Position numbers and translations under genes: made by a program. The notes under the pieces were generated by a model. The model was not told the origin of the DNA. It did no database searches and saw nothing but the letters and a program-made list of their open reading frames with translations. DNA of 64,000 nt, taken from the NCBI GenBank assembly GCA_013239625.1, contig MU054323.1:558001-622000 (forward strand). The letters run 5' to 3'. Each line of letters begins with the position of its first letter. The first letter of the stretch is position 1. Origin of the DNA: Lama guanicoe (taxonomy: Eukaryota). This document shows, piece by piece, positions 35,741 through 47,474 of the stretch.

Positions 35741-36269
35741 AGGACATCAATGTCCCCCCAAATTCAAGGGCACATGATCGCCTGTACACCGGCCTGTTGA
35801 TCATCGCTAGTACTGGCAAGCTATCCGATTAGCCACCTGCCGGCGTCTGCCCGCTTGCCTCTCCTCCCTGCCTGCCCTCACACTCCCGCGAGTCGGGCCG
35901 GGTAGCGCGACATGTGACCCTGATTATTGCCGGGGCTCATCAAAGGCCCAGTCTCTCTCTTTTCAGCTCAACAATTCGTCCACCCACCACAGCCCTCATT
36001 TCCTTTTTATGAAGATTGAGGAGCAAAAACATTTCAAAGCCTCCTGATTAAATGAACCCTGCCATGCCCATAAGCGCAGCACACCTCTGGAGAGCCGGGC
36101 AGTTGTAGAGGTAGCAACTGACGGCCGGGAACGTGTGGTCTTTATAATCCTGCAGTTCCTCTCCCGAGATGTTAGCTATTTTCCTTCAATTCTTGATGTC
36201 TGTGTTCTGCCCAATCAGCCCAAGGAACAAGGCTCTGGCTCCGGGTTGCGCATCTACTTGCTCACTTAA

Positions 36270-37000
36270 GCCTGACTGTCCCATATCCCTTAAATATCAT
36301 GAAACTTTCCTTTCTTTCCATCCCATCTCCTCTGCTTCAATTAAGACTCACCATCTTCCCTCTGGGATGTTACAGCAGTCTTGTAAATAATCTCCTTTCT
36401 TCCACCAACTGTAACATCACCCCACCCCATATGTGGTCACCAAAGGGGTCTCCCTAAAGCAGATAGGTCTTTACCACCCTATTTAAGGTCCTTTAATAAC
36501 TCTCTGTTGCCCACAGCATCCCTAGGCTGGCATAGAAAATCTCTATGATGGGTTCCTAGCTTCCCAGATCTGCTACTGTCTAACTTAACCTCTTCAGTCC
36601 AGCAACGCTGAATAGTATGAAAGTCCCTGTGTCCACCAAACCCTTCTCACCTCCGTACCTTTGCACGTGCTGTGTACCCTGCCTGTGATGCCCTTCCAAG
36701 CCCTTCACACCATTATTTCCATTTACTCTCTAACACAAAGCCCAGGTATCACCTCCAAGGGATGATGACCTCATGGCTACCCAGGTTCCCAAACCCACTT
36801 CCACACTTCCGTACACTCGTGGGCCTCCTACACAGCACGTGTTGTCTTATACACTCGTGATCTGATGTCTCATTTTTTCTCCTCCGGCAGACGACGGACT
36901 TCTGAGAGTAGGTGCTATACTTTGTTCATTTTTGTTGTTCTAATGTCTCAGTAGTTCACTGGCTCAGAGTAGACACTCAATAAAAGTCTTTTTAACGAAG
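36270..37000 (+). mobile_element. L2 3' portion
   Basis: CACCTCCGTACCTTTGCACGTGCTGT.TACCCTGCCTG..GCCCAGGTATCACCTCC..CTGGCTCAGAGTAGACACTCAATAAA. Confidence 0.75.
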
Positions 37001-37111
37001 CCAAGACTGAGTTGGCTCGGGAAGAAAGGAACAGCTGGCAGCCTGGGGAAAAGATCTTTATCATTTTGGGCTCCACTGTGTGTTTCATTGATCATGAACA
37101 AGAAGCCGAGT

Positions 37112-37272
37112 GGGAAGGGTATAGCTCAGTGGTAGAGTGCGGCCTTAGCCTGCACGCGGTCCTGGGTTCAATCCCCAGTACCTCCATTTAATTAATAAAT
37201 AAGTAGTTAAATAAGCAAATCAATCAATCAATAAACCTAATTACCTACCCTCTACAAAAACAAACAAACAAA
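37112..37272 (+). mobile_element. tRNA-Ala-derived SINE (camelid vic-1-like)
   Basis: A box TAGCTCAGTGG (37122-37132), B box GGTTCAATCC (37165-37174), then CCTCCATT, an AT-rich tail, AAACCTAATTACCT and (CAAA)n. Confidence 0.92.
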
Positions 37273-37327
37273 CCGATAGAGGAGTCCACACATCTCTGCT
37301 TCCAAGAGGCTGGTGTTTGATAAAACA

Positions 37328-37330
<3 letters not shown>

Positions 37331-37378
<48 letters not shown>
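37331..37378 (+). repeat. (GT)24 microsatellite
   Basis: Read directly from the sequence; a perfect run. Confidence 0.99.
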
Positions 37379-37380
<2 letters not shown>

Positions 37381-37699
37381 CTTCTATCATCTGAACCTCT
37401 CCAGAATGGGCTGAGTCTTGCAGAATCTGGATTACATGCCTTAATGCATGTCTCAGGGATAGAAGTGTATTCTTCAACACGCCCGTGACTCACCAGAAGA
37501 ATGCTGAAAGGAAGAGACAGCATTCCCTTGGGCGACAGGTTTGGAGTGCGCAATCCATGAAATCAACATATAATGAGCCTCTCCTTTGAGCCAGGCACAG
37601 GGGAAGGTCCTGGGGAGACAGAAGTGAGTCAGCCTGGTCTCTGTCCAGAAGTTCATAGTGTAGGTGCCAGGTCGGAAGATGGTATAGATGATCATAACG

Positions 37700-38649
37700 C
37701 GGACATACCTCACTTTATTGTGCTTTGCGGATATTGAGGGTTTTTTTGTTGCTCTTTTTAAATTGAAGGTTTTTGGCAGCCCTGCACTGGGCAAGTCTCT
37801 TGGTGCCCTTTTTCCAACAGCATTTGCTCACTTCATGTCTCTATGTCACATTTTGGTAATTCTTGCAATATTTCAAACTTTGTACTATAATTATATTTGC
37901 ATGGTGATCTGTGATCAGTGATTTTTGACATCACTGTTATAGCTGCAGATGTGATGGAAATTGCAAGAGAACTAGAATTAGAAGTAAAGCCTGAAGATGT
38001 GACCGAATTGCTGCAATCTCATGACTGATCTTGAACGGATGGGACAGGCGTTTGCTTCTTATGGATGAGCAAAGAAAGTGGTTTCTTGAGATGGAATCTG
38101 CTCCTGGTGAAGATGCTATGAAGACTGTTGAAGTGACAACGAAAGATTGGGAATATTATATAAACTTCACTGATAAAGCTGAGACAGGATTTGAGAAGAT
38201 GGACTCCAATTCTGAAAGAAGCTTTACTGGGGGTAAAACGCTATCGAACAGCATCACAGGCTACAGAGAAATCATTTGTACAAGGAAGTGTCAATCAGTG
38301 TGGCCAACTTCGCCGCTGTCTTATTTTAAGAAATTGTCACAGCTGCCCCACCCTTTATCAGTCACCACCCTGATCAGTCGGCAGCCGTCAACGTTGAGGT
38401 AAGACCCTCCACTTAGCAAGAAGATTAGGCTCAGATGATGGTTAATGTTTTTTTAGCAGAAGAGTATTTCTAATTAAGGTTTGTACGTTACTCTTTTTTG
38501 ACATTATGCCATTGAACACTTAATAGACCACAGCATCCTGTAAATGTAATTTTTCTATGTACTGAGAAGTCAAAACATTCGTGTGCCTTGCTTTATTGCA
38601 TTATTTGCTTTATTGTGGTGGAATCCGCGATCTCTCCGAGCTCTGCTTG
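37700..38649 (+). mobile_element. Tigger1 DNA transposon, internally deleted (~950 bp)
   Basis: Degenerate TIRs CGGACATACCTC / GAGCTCTGCTTG. The Tigger1 5' region (CTTTATTGTGCTTTGC..AAATTGAAGGTTT..TGGTGATCTGTGATCAGTG) is joined at ~37940 to the 3' transposase region (CTGCAGATGTGATGGAAATTGCAAGAGAACTAGAATTAGAAG). Confidence 0.93.
38031..38402 (+). pseudogene. Tigger1 transposase (TIGD1-like) C-terminal remnant
   Basis: ORF LLLMDEQRKWFLEMESAPGEDAM..TTKDWEYYIN..GFEKMDSNSERS..LSYFKKL..TTLISRQPST matches the recalled Tigger1/TIGD1 C-terminus. The HTH and DDE domains are absent. Confidence 0.85.
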
Positions 38650-39034
38650 GATATGGCGTCGGTGCTCCGATCAAGGGAAACCTGAGAGGCGGCAGGAATC
38701 CTCCAAGTCAGACTGTGTGGTCTAGAGGAGGGGCTCCCGCACTTATTTGCAAAGGGCTGCTAGAAACAGGCTGGGTGCTGTGTGCCGTGCTGCTCTGAAA
38801 GGCCACAGACTGTCCAGGCTGCCTCGTGCATGCAGAGATAGGTTTACATCTTCCAGTGGCTTCTGAGTTTCTCTAAGAGCCTGCCAGGCCACTCTCTGCA
38901 GCACCGTCACTGGTGATGCTCATCCAGGAATCACCCTTCGAGGCATGCCCTGTGCTCTTAAAGCAAATGGAAACATTTTGCAGATGTAGCTTGAGTTGCA
39001 GAATGATGATTGGTGGGGGGCTACCCCAGGCATC

Positions 39035-39160
39035 CAGTGGTCACTCGGTCATGTATGAGCTATCTGACTTTGATTAAGTCTCCCTCACCTCTCTGAGCCT
39101 CAGTTTCCTCATATGCATAGCATAGTCTGACTTCTATGGCCTTTGGGGAGATCTGATTAG
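39035..39160 (+). mobile_element. MIR
   Basis: CTCACCTCTCTGAGCCTCAGTTTCCTCAT.TG. Confidence 0.75.
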
Positions 39161-40084
39161 AATCTTCTTCTTTCTACAGGAAACCTCCCTTGCTGGACTG
39201 GGCATCAAATCCCAGCTTGGGATGAGAGGAGAGCCTGAAATTTTGGACATGGGGTCTGAGGACTGGGGTGGGAGTGGTCATACTTGAATTTGCTGTCCTG
39301 GGCAAGCAGGGCTTCAACTTGGTGGGAGCCACTGCCACTTGGACAGTCGTTCAGACACAAAGCCTCAGAATTACCCTGCAATGCACACAGGTCACGAAGC
39401 AATAAAACACCTTTTAAAATGTCATCTGCTGAACCGCCGATTCCCACTAATAAATCCCCATGACCTGGAGGTACCTGGAGGTCAAATATTTGCAACATGC
39501 CCCGTGCCCTGGAAGATGAGCCCGATTTATAAGCTTGCTGCCTGATGGTTGCCATAGAGGCCAGCACATCCACAGTGGATGGGGGCTGTGGGGAGGGAAA
39601 CAGAGAGACTCAGCAACATCTGGTAATTAGCCCAATGTCCCAGTGAATCATGGTCAGCACCCACAGTTTGGGAGAAAGTGGGAGCTGCTGCTCTCCAAAG
39701 GACCAGCTCTGTAATCTGTGAAACAATGTGATCACCATCTGGGCCAGGGAACCTGGAGACAAGGCTGGCCGTGTTCTTGAGTAGTAAAGGAAAGGAAGGG
39801 AAGAAGAGATAATGCCAGATAACAACAGGGAGCAAACCTGTGGTACCTCTGATGCAGCTGGAACGCAGCTGAGTCATTCACCTATTCACCACCTTTCGCT
39901 AGCTCCTGATGGAGTCACCATGGCTCCCTTGGCCAGACGATGTACATGAGTCTTGAAGAGCTCATTTCCCTTTCCCAGGGCCGTCCGGAGAAGAGGTAGA
40001 GCAGGGACTCCTGTCCGGGTCTTTCCAGCTCTTTCCTCAGCTCTGCTCCTCCTTTCCTATAGGACCTGCCAGTGCACCCGCCTT

Positions 40085-40200
40085 TCTTCTCATGCTCAGA
40101 ACAGTCCTCTGGCACAGGGCAAAGGAAGGTCATCCCTCCCATTTTACAGATGAAGACGTGGAGGTTTGGTGAGGTGAAGGGGGTCATGTATAAGGCTTCG
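40085..40200 (-). mobile_element. MIR
   Basis: CTCCCATTTTACAGATGAAGA..GAGG..GAGGTGAAG. Confidence 0.7.
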
Positions 40201-41629
40201 TGGAGAGGGGATGACTCGAGACAGCCTTGGAGAGATGATGGGGCATCAGGTAAGCTTAGAGGGGAGACATCTGAGGTGCTGGGGCCAGAGACACAGCCCT
40301 TTGGCTGGAGCCCTGGTTTCCACGGTCTTCCAGCAGGAGCAAGTCTCTTGGGCCTGCGGTACTACACACAGAATTTCAGGGTCTCATAAAATCACCCTCA
40401 TGGGGCTCCCTGAGATGAACCAAGTCACAGCTTCTCTCTCTGCAGACACTTCCTCTGCTGTGCCCCATGGCTACGTCTCATCATCTCACATGTAGCACCC
40501 CATTCCTTCTGCTGTGTCTCTTCCTCTCACTCTTCCTGCTTCTGGGGGCCCTGGCGAACCCTGCCTCATCTTCAGGGCCTAATCCAAGCCCCAACGCCTC
40601 CAGGAAGCCCATCTGGATTGACAAATTTCTGAGTCTCCCCACATAATCAATGGCCAAATCAAAATAGCCCTTCCTCTTTTTCCAATAGATACTGAGGCTC
40701 ATAATAATAACACATATCAATTTATATACGATTTATCTAATTTATACAGAAATGGCTTTCTTCTCTTAACACACCATTCTTCTTTCCTAAATGTGCAATC
40801 TCTGGCATATGCATACATAAAATGCAAGGTCTAGATCCATGGATGCTGCTATGAAGACCAGGAGAAAGGAGAAGGAATATTGACCGCATCTCTCAGCTTG
40901 GCGGTTGACTGCAGAAAGTTATGGACTCAGTCCTTCCTCTGGTGTTTGATTGTTCTAATCTAATGAGGCCTCAGAGATGGAAGCTCTGGTTTATTTAATC
41001 AATCGTGGCTTCATGGAATTCTGGAAGACTGCCAGCATCTGCGTATCTGATACAGGATAACATTCACAGCGCGTACTCTTCCGTTTTTCTGCTTCTTTTC
41101 TGATTGTTGCTGCTTCAATCAGACCTACAGCTCTTCGGGCGCTGGACAGTCAGCCCGCATGTGGCGTGTCTCCCCTGTGGAGCAGCGCACGCTCCAGGCA
41201 CTCCGGAGTTCTCTTTCACTGCTGCTACAGAAGAGGACTGAGAAAAATGATCGCAGTGGCCCTTGCTAGAGGAAGTGACTAAGGGGTAGGGATGCATTGC
41301 AATTTGTATGTAAATACCTGTGGCTTAAAGCTGACTTTGCCACAGGGAGATATTGATGGAGCCTTAAAAATAATGACCCAGCTCATTAATGGTGAATTAT
41401 AACCAGGTTCCTGGAGACGTCCTGAGGACCTTTTCACTCCGAGCATAAATAAGAAATGGGCAAGGTTGATTAGCTGGAGTCAGGCTCTCAGCGTCTGCTC
41501 CAGGAGCTGGAAACACAGGTGATATCCCCTCCGTCCGCCGTCTGTGACTTTCGGACCTTGAGATCATCAGGCACAGGATGTGCGATCCCAGACAGAGCAC
41601 CACTCTTCAGAAGTAAAATAAATGGGCTG

Positions 41630-41830
41630 GAGAGAGTCCAAGATTTGGGGCCACGAAGACCTATTTCTTAGATTAAGGGCTGACCTTTAGCAGCTTCCTT
41701 AACCTTTATCATCTCAGTTTCTTCACCTGGAAAATGGAAATTCAACTGCCCACCACACAGGGTTGGGTGAAGACGAACACAGAGAGCTTTTTAAAATGCT
41801 TCTAGCAAACCGCAGGTGCTTAAGACATGT
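41630..41830 (+). mobile_element. MIR
   Basis: GAGAGTCCAAGA..TGACCTT..CTTAACCT..CTCAGTTTCTTCACCTGGAAAATGG..CACAGGGTTG. Confidence 0.7.
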
Positions 41831-42159
41831 TAGTCTACACGCCAAAGCCACCATCATCACCAACACACATGTGATGTAATTTCCAAGATCTTGTGGATCC
41901 CTCAAATATTTAGTAAGAGAGACTCTGGATTCTAAACACATCACTAGCTGTCTGTCTTTAGAACTGGATGACTGATGGCTTAGTTGCAGGATTTTCAAGA
42001 TCTGATGGAGTCCAATGTGGCGAAGTCTCAAAGGAAGGCCCGCCTCTTCCAGGAAGCTTCTCTTATTGGCCCAGCCCACCCTGAGCTCTGCCCTTCCCTC
42101 ATCTACGTGCATTGCTTGTGTGTTTTCAGCAAGACCAAAAATCTTTTTTTTGAACTTGG

Positions 42160-42320
42160 ATTTGATGTTGAAAAACTTAGGTTCTAGTGAGTTCTATTCA
42201 CTGTGACGTTGGACAGGTCGCTGAAACTCTCTTAACCTCAGTGTCCACATCTGTAAAATGGAGGCAATACGGACTGCTTTGCTTTGTTGTAAAGATCAGA
42301 AGTGATCATAGGTTTATTTC
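42160..42320 (+). mobile_element. MIR
   Basis: CTGTGACGTTGGACAGGTCGCTGAAACTCTCTTAACCTCAGTGTCCACATCTGTAAAATGG. Confidence 0.75.
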
Positions 42321-42744
42321 AAAAGCCCAGCAATGGATATAGTAGTTACTCCTGAAGTGCCTTGGGACGACTCCCAAAGCTTCTCCCGGGAGAGCCCTGT
42401 CCTAACTCCGTAGTCTTCCCTCTGTCTCTCTTCCAGTGTTCCAGAGAAATCGCACTACCTTGCTGTCTTTAAACATCTTGTATTCTTTGCAGACTCCTCT
42501 TCTGCGTTGTTGCTGGTCCTCTGTGTACCATGCCCTTTCCCATTTTACTAGACTTCACCTAAACTTGGAACCAGCTCAGTCCCCCTCCGTGTGGAAGGTC
42601 ACCTTTATCTCACTGTCCCTGGAGACCTCTCCCTTCATGGACCCCCCACCAGGCACTCTCCTCATCCTGCAGTGAAGCGGGGGGTGGAGGTGGCGGATGT
42701 TAAGCTTGGCAAAGGGAAACCTCACGGGGCATAGGAGGTGATAG

Positions 42745-42945
42745 ATAATAAGAACCTCCCATGAAGTGCTAGCTCTGTGCCAGACTCTCTGATAGGTACT
42801 TTATAAACATTTAATTATTATGTGAAAACCCTGATTTGATGAAGAGGAAGCAGAAGCTTAAAGTTAAAATGACTCCCCTGTTTGTCGCCCATGGAAGGAT
42901 GGAGCCAGGTTTTGAGTCCAGGTCTGTCTGGCTCCAGAGATCCTG
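42745..42945 (-). mobile_element. MIR
   Basis: TGTGCCAGAC..GATGAAGAGGAAGCAGAAGCTT..GATGGAGCCAGGTTTTGAGTCCAGGTCTGTCTGGCTCCAGAG. Confidence 0.75.
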
Positions 42946-44234
42946 CTGTTCATTCAGCTGCGTGAAATAGGACCGAGTTTGTTGAGTGGGCGTGACAAGA
43001 AGGCATCTTCTAACTCGACAGAAGGATGCTCTTCCTGACTGCGAGAGCTGCTCACCACGGGAAGGATGCAGCCTTCTAGGGTGGCGAGTTGCCCAGCCCT
43101 GGAAGGCACAAGCTGGAGCTGAAAACCATGGCAAGAGCTGCTGTCCAGGAGATCCCGGGCTCTTGCAATCGAAGTTAAATGAAACCGAAAGGAAAGCTCT
43201 CTCTTCTTTTCTGGCCTTGACCGCTTCCAGCGTTGCATTCTCTCTCTGATTGATGCCAAGAGCCAGCGAGCTCAGTGGCTAAGAATTGCTCCCGCCGTCA
43301 CTCAGCCTCCGTGTCTCCACAGCAAAACTCTGAAGCCAACAGAGGGGCACCTGATGTGGTTGTGTCCCCAGCCAGCCCACCTCCAGGATTCGAGGTCTGG
43401 GCTCTCCAGAAAAAGCTGCGGCTAAACCAACGGCCCTGGTGCCCCCTGCACACAGGCCCCGAACACCCACCCGAGTGGGACCTGGGGCCCCCCGCCTGCC
43501 GGAGGGCTCCGTCTCCGGAAGGGTCCCCGTAAGACGGGCCCCACCAGTGGAGGCTTTGGTGGGGGCCTGATTGCATGACAAACACCACACATATTGAAAC
43601 ACTCTGGCAGTTTCCCGTTGCCCCCAGTCAGAGCCTGACCCCTGTGACCTCCAACATCTTATTAAACCCCCGGAGCCCCACGACTCTGCGAGGGGGAGAA
43701 GGAAGCAACTCCTGGATTCATTCTCTTCCCTAATTCATTCAAGTGAGCCCGGCTGAGTGGGGCCTGGGCCTTTGATGTTAAAGGCCCCTAATTGGAAGGA
43801 AGAGAAGTGTTAGCCTGTCAGCCTTTCAGCCTCTCATCAAATACTTTAAGAGGTATCCGCACAGTGGCCGTTCTCACACTGGTGCCGGGAAAGCCCGGAG
43901 TGGACTGCTTTTTGTTAGAATGTTTAAACTTTGCATCTGTCTAACAGAAAGTTCCAGACAGATGTCACAGTTCCCGGTGGGGTCTTGCTCCCCCCCTTCC
44001 CCCTCCCCACTCCTGCCTCTGGTCTGGGGAGGACGCTGGTGCTGGGCCCGCCCCAGCCCACCGAGAGGAAGGTGGCGGCAGGGGCTAATTACGGACCCCA
44101 GACGCAGGCCTGTGAGCTCCTGGTTGGGGCCTCCCTCTGCTGAGCCCCTTTGATCTCCCTGTTTGGAATTGTGTCACTCCCCAGGAATGTTGCTCCCCCC
44201 ACCTCCAGCTCCGAATCCCAGAGTGTTCCAGTCA

Positions 44235-44390
44235 GAAGAGACTTCCAGTAACCCTTTAGTCTCACCTCCTGGTGTTAGAGCCGGACACTGAGCACAGAAA
44301 GGGAAAGTGACCAGCCCAGTGTCATTCAGGGAGCTTGTGGCAGAGTCGGGCTCATAACCCAGGCTTCATGCCCCCCAGACAGTTGGATTC
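44235..44390 (-). mobile_element. MIR
   Basis: ACACTGAGCACAGAAAGGGAAAGTGACCAGCCCAGTGTCA..GTGGCAGAGTCGGG..AACCCAGG. Confidence 0.7.
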
Positions 44391-47074
44391 TGCACAGATC
44401 CCTGGGCGTTTCTTGGGGGGAAATAAGGCAATGAATGGCACAGTTGAATTTGAGAAACTGAACTTATTTATAAGGGATTAACTATGTCCGGAGTTGGGAA
44501 CCTCGATGAAGCCGTCCCAGTGGCCAGATGCTTGGGGCCTGAGGACGAAAGGGTTGGAGGAGGTTCGTGCCCCTAATTGGGAGACAGAGCATGCTCAGAG
44601 AGACACTCCCCACCTCTGACTGCCTGCTCCCCGCTCCTGACGCATCACCAGAGAGAAGGAAAAAGAGGGAGGAAGAGAAGGAGAAGGGAAAGAGAGAAGG
44701 AGAGAGCAGAGGAAGAAGACAGAGCACTCGTCCTCAGACAGAGAGCAAGCGATCAGAAATGGGCCACGTTGCCGGGCGCAGGAGGATGGAAGGGGGTGCC
44801 GTGCAGGAGGCTAACCCGCTGGTGGAGAAACGGGGCCCAGAAGAGCAGGGTGTGCCTGGGTCTGGAAATTGCAAATGGCCCCCTTTATCCAAAGGGGGAT
44901 AAAGTGAGGGGGGAGTGGTGAGGGGGCTTCCACTGTCTGTGAGGCACTGACCACCTAGGGCTTTGCAGACAGGGGGCAGATGCAAATGGAGGGGTTGCCA
45001 GGCCCACTGCGGACCGGATGCGGGGGGCTCCTGTGCACTGGCTTTATGAATACTGTAAGCTTCTGACATCCTTTGAGATTGATGGAGAGAACAGCAAAAT
45101 TCCGGCCTCGTGGGGTCCTTGGGGGCCCCATGAGGGCCATCGTTATATGATAGAAAGCATTGAACACCTAACAAATACCAACCAAATGTCAATTCCTAAC
45201 CCTGTTTTGATTCCTTGCAGTTACATGATAGACACTGGGCTCTGGTGAGACCCTGGTCGGAAGTCTGGTGTTTCTGTGTCACGAATGTCTCCATAACAGA
45301 GAAAGGGAAGAGTTGACATTGCTGCTTTCAGAGTGGGAATTGAAGTGAAAAACCAGGGTTGTTTTCCTCAGCGGGGACCGTCTGATGGATGCTGGGCATG
45401 CCCACCTGCCTCCACCTGCCTGGAGGCAGTTTCCGTCTCGTAGGCCATCTCTGCCCTGCGAGGCTCCCGATAGTGCAGTCTGCCTGGGCATAGGAAGCTC
45501 TGAGGAAGGCCTAGCCCAGAGGCCAGAATCCTGGCTGTGGACTCCGGGGCCCGGGCTAGTGTTCTAATAAACCAAATGCTAGTTTCTAAGTTTCTTAAAC
45601 CCTTTGTGCATTTAGAAAATGATGCTATTAAACCAGATTAGGTTTAAGATCTGTTCCAGAGTGAATATTGCATGATATTATGAGAGCACCAGAACACATG
45701 GAATAGTTTAATTATCATTACTAAATATAATAGTCCCCAGGTTGCCAAGTATTTGAATAAAAACAGAAAGAAAAGGCTTCATCGCCTGAGCCTGCTTTTA
45801 TAAAGTTCTGTGTCATTTTCAGATTATTCAGTTTTATCTGAATATTCCATGTCAGTATGACCTAACCTCTGTGTGGGCTCCTTGTACTGATCCTGCAGAG
45901 TTGCCCTAATCATCCCTTTTCCTAATCTCAGAGCCAGACACCGCAGGTCTGGGGACCAGAGTCCTGACCACCACGCCATGTCGATGGAAGCATCATCCCC
46001 TGGCATCTTGACTAAAGCCACGTGGGTGTTTTTATGTGGGAACTAAGGGCAGCTGCCTTTTCATCCATATCATATCAGATTGAATTTTTCATTTTGCATC
46101 CGACCATTTGCAAGTCATGCATCTAACTCCTTCGAGGCACAGGGAGGGTAATGGTACAAACAAACTACGAGCTACTCTTGTCTTCAGGGTGGTACCGAGA
46201 GCCTGCAGGGAGTTCTTGGAGTTCTGATTCCATGGAAATACTTTAATCACGTGGAGTCAATTCACCAGTAGCTTCTGCGACTTGAATCAAGCAACATTTT
46301 TGTGCTAAGGCAAAACCAAACAAACTAAAGACGAAAAATAGCCATTTCCAATCACCCTGACTCCCCCCTTAAAGCACGTTAGCTGGGAATCTTCTCTGGC
46401 CCTTCTCTAATTGTCTAATTAATGCAATATTAAATTGACACCAAGCAAATGGGCGCCGAATTGTGTGCTAACAGTTTGGGCAAGCTGAGAAGAATGTAAT
46501 TTCAGTGAGGAAGCCAGATGGGAGGGGAGAACAGGAAGGGATGTATGCGTGCTAATTTGCAGCTTGACGGACTCTCTCTGTAAAAATAAACACTTTTGCA
46601 GGAGTCTAAGGAAAGCAAATGTCATCCATTTCGTATCACACAATGCCTACTGGTAGATACGGAAAACGTGCTCATTTCCAATTGCATTTTGCACTAAGGG
46701 TCACATCTAATTAAAGCAGAGAAGCTTGCTTCTTTGTAATATCACTGCAGTATTGGCTGTTAGATGCAAAGAGAGTTGAGCTGAGCAAAGAGATATATGC
46801 AGCATTGTGCTGGGAGTCGATGCCCCAGGTTCCTTGTTCTGGGACTGGTCAGAGGTCCAGGCCATTGAGCAGTGAGCCAGTTTATCGTGTTTGTAGATGC
46901 AGTCTGCCCACTGGAGACCTCGCCCAGGGAGGGAGCCCTGTTCTGGCCAGCCTCCTTCATCACGTCTTGAAGCCTAGTCGGAGGGAGAGGGAGGACTTGC
47001 AGATTCCATCCCTGAATACCCAGTGGAAGCTTTAACAGAACTGAGAGTTATAATCCAGGGACAGTGAGTCCATA

Positions 47075-47474
47075 GCACTCCAGGTGCACATTCCTGTCAA
47101 AGGCAGACCCTCTTCAAGAAAGGACTTGTTGCCCCCACCATCAGGAGTGAGGTCAACAGACAGGGCAGCCTCAGGGACTCACCTCGTGCAAGGCCACACC
47201 TTTGGGGACAGCCCCTATCAAGTGAGTGGTCAGACAAGAGGATCATGGAGGCCCAGCTGTGTCCCCGCTGCATGGGGACTCTGAAGGACCATACTCCCTC
47301 CAGAGATCCCCTCCGGGAGGGTGGAGGCTTTGCCCAGCCTGCATCCCAGCTCAACTTCTCCCTCTGTCCAATCCTGCAGCCTCTCTTTCCCTTCACAGGC
47401 ATCCATCCCTAATAAACATCTTGCTCTCCAAACTCCCTCTCAGCATCTGCCTCTGGAGTACTCAGCCTGGGACA
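47075..47474 (+). mobile_element. ERVL solo LTR, LTR16A-like
   Basis: CAAGGCCACACC..GACAGCCC..ACTCTGAAGGACCAT..CAGCTCAACTTCTCCCTCTGTCCAATCCTGC..AATAAAC..TCTCAGCATCTGC..GACA end. Confidence 0.85.

Noticed and set aside
37112..37190. tRNA-Ala gene (also 1062-1139 and 19670-19743)
   Set aside because: The acceptor and/or anticodon stems are disrupted, and each copy carries the same AT-rich SINE tail. These are SINEs, not tRNA genes.
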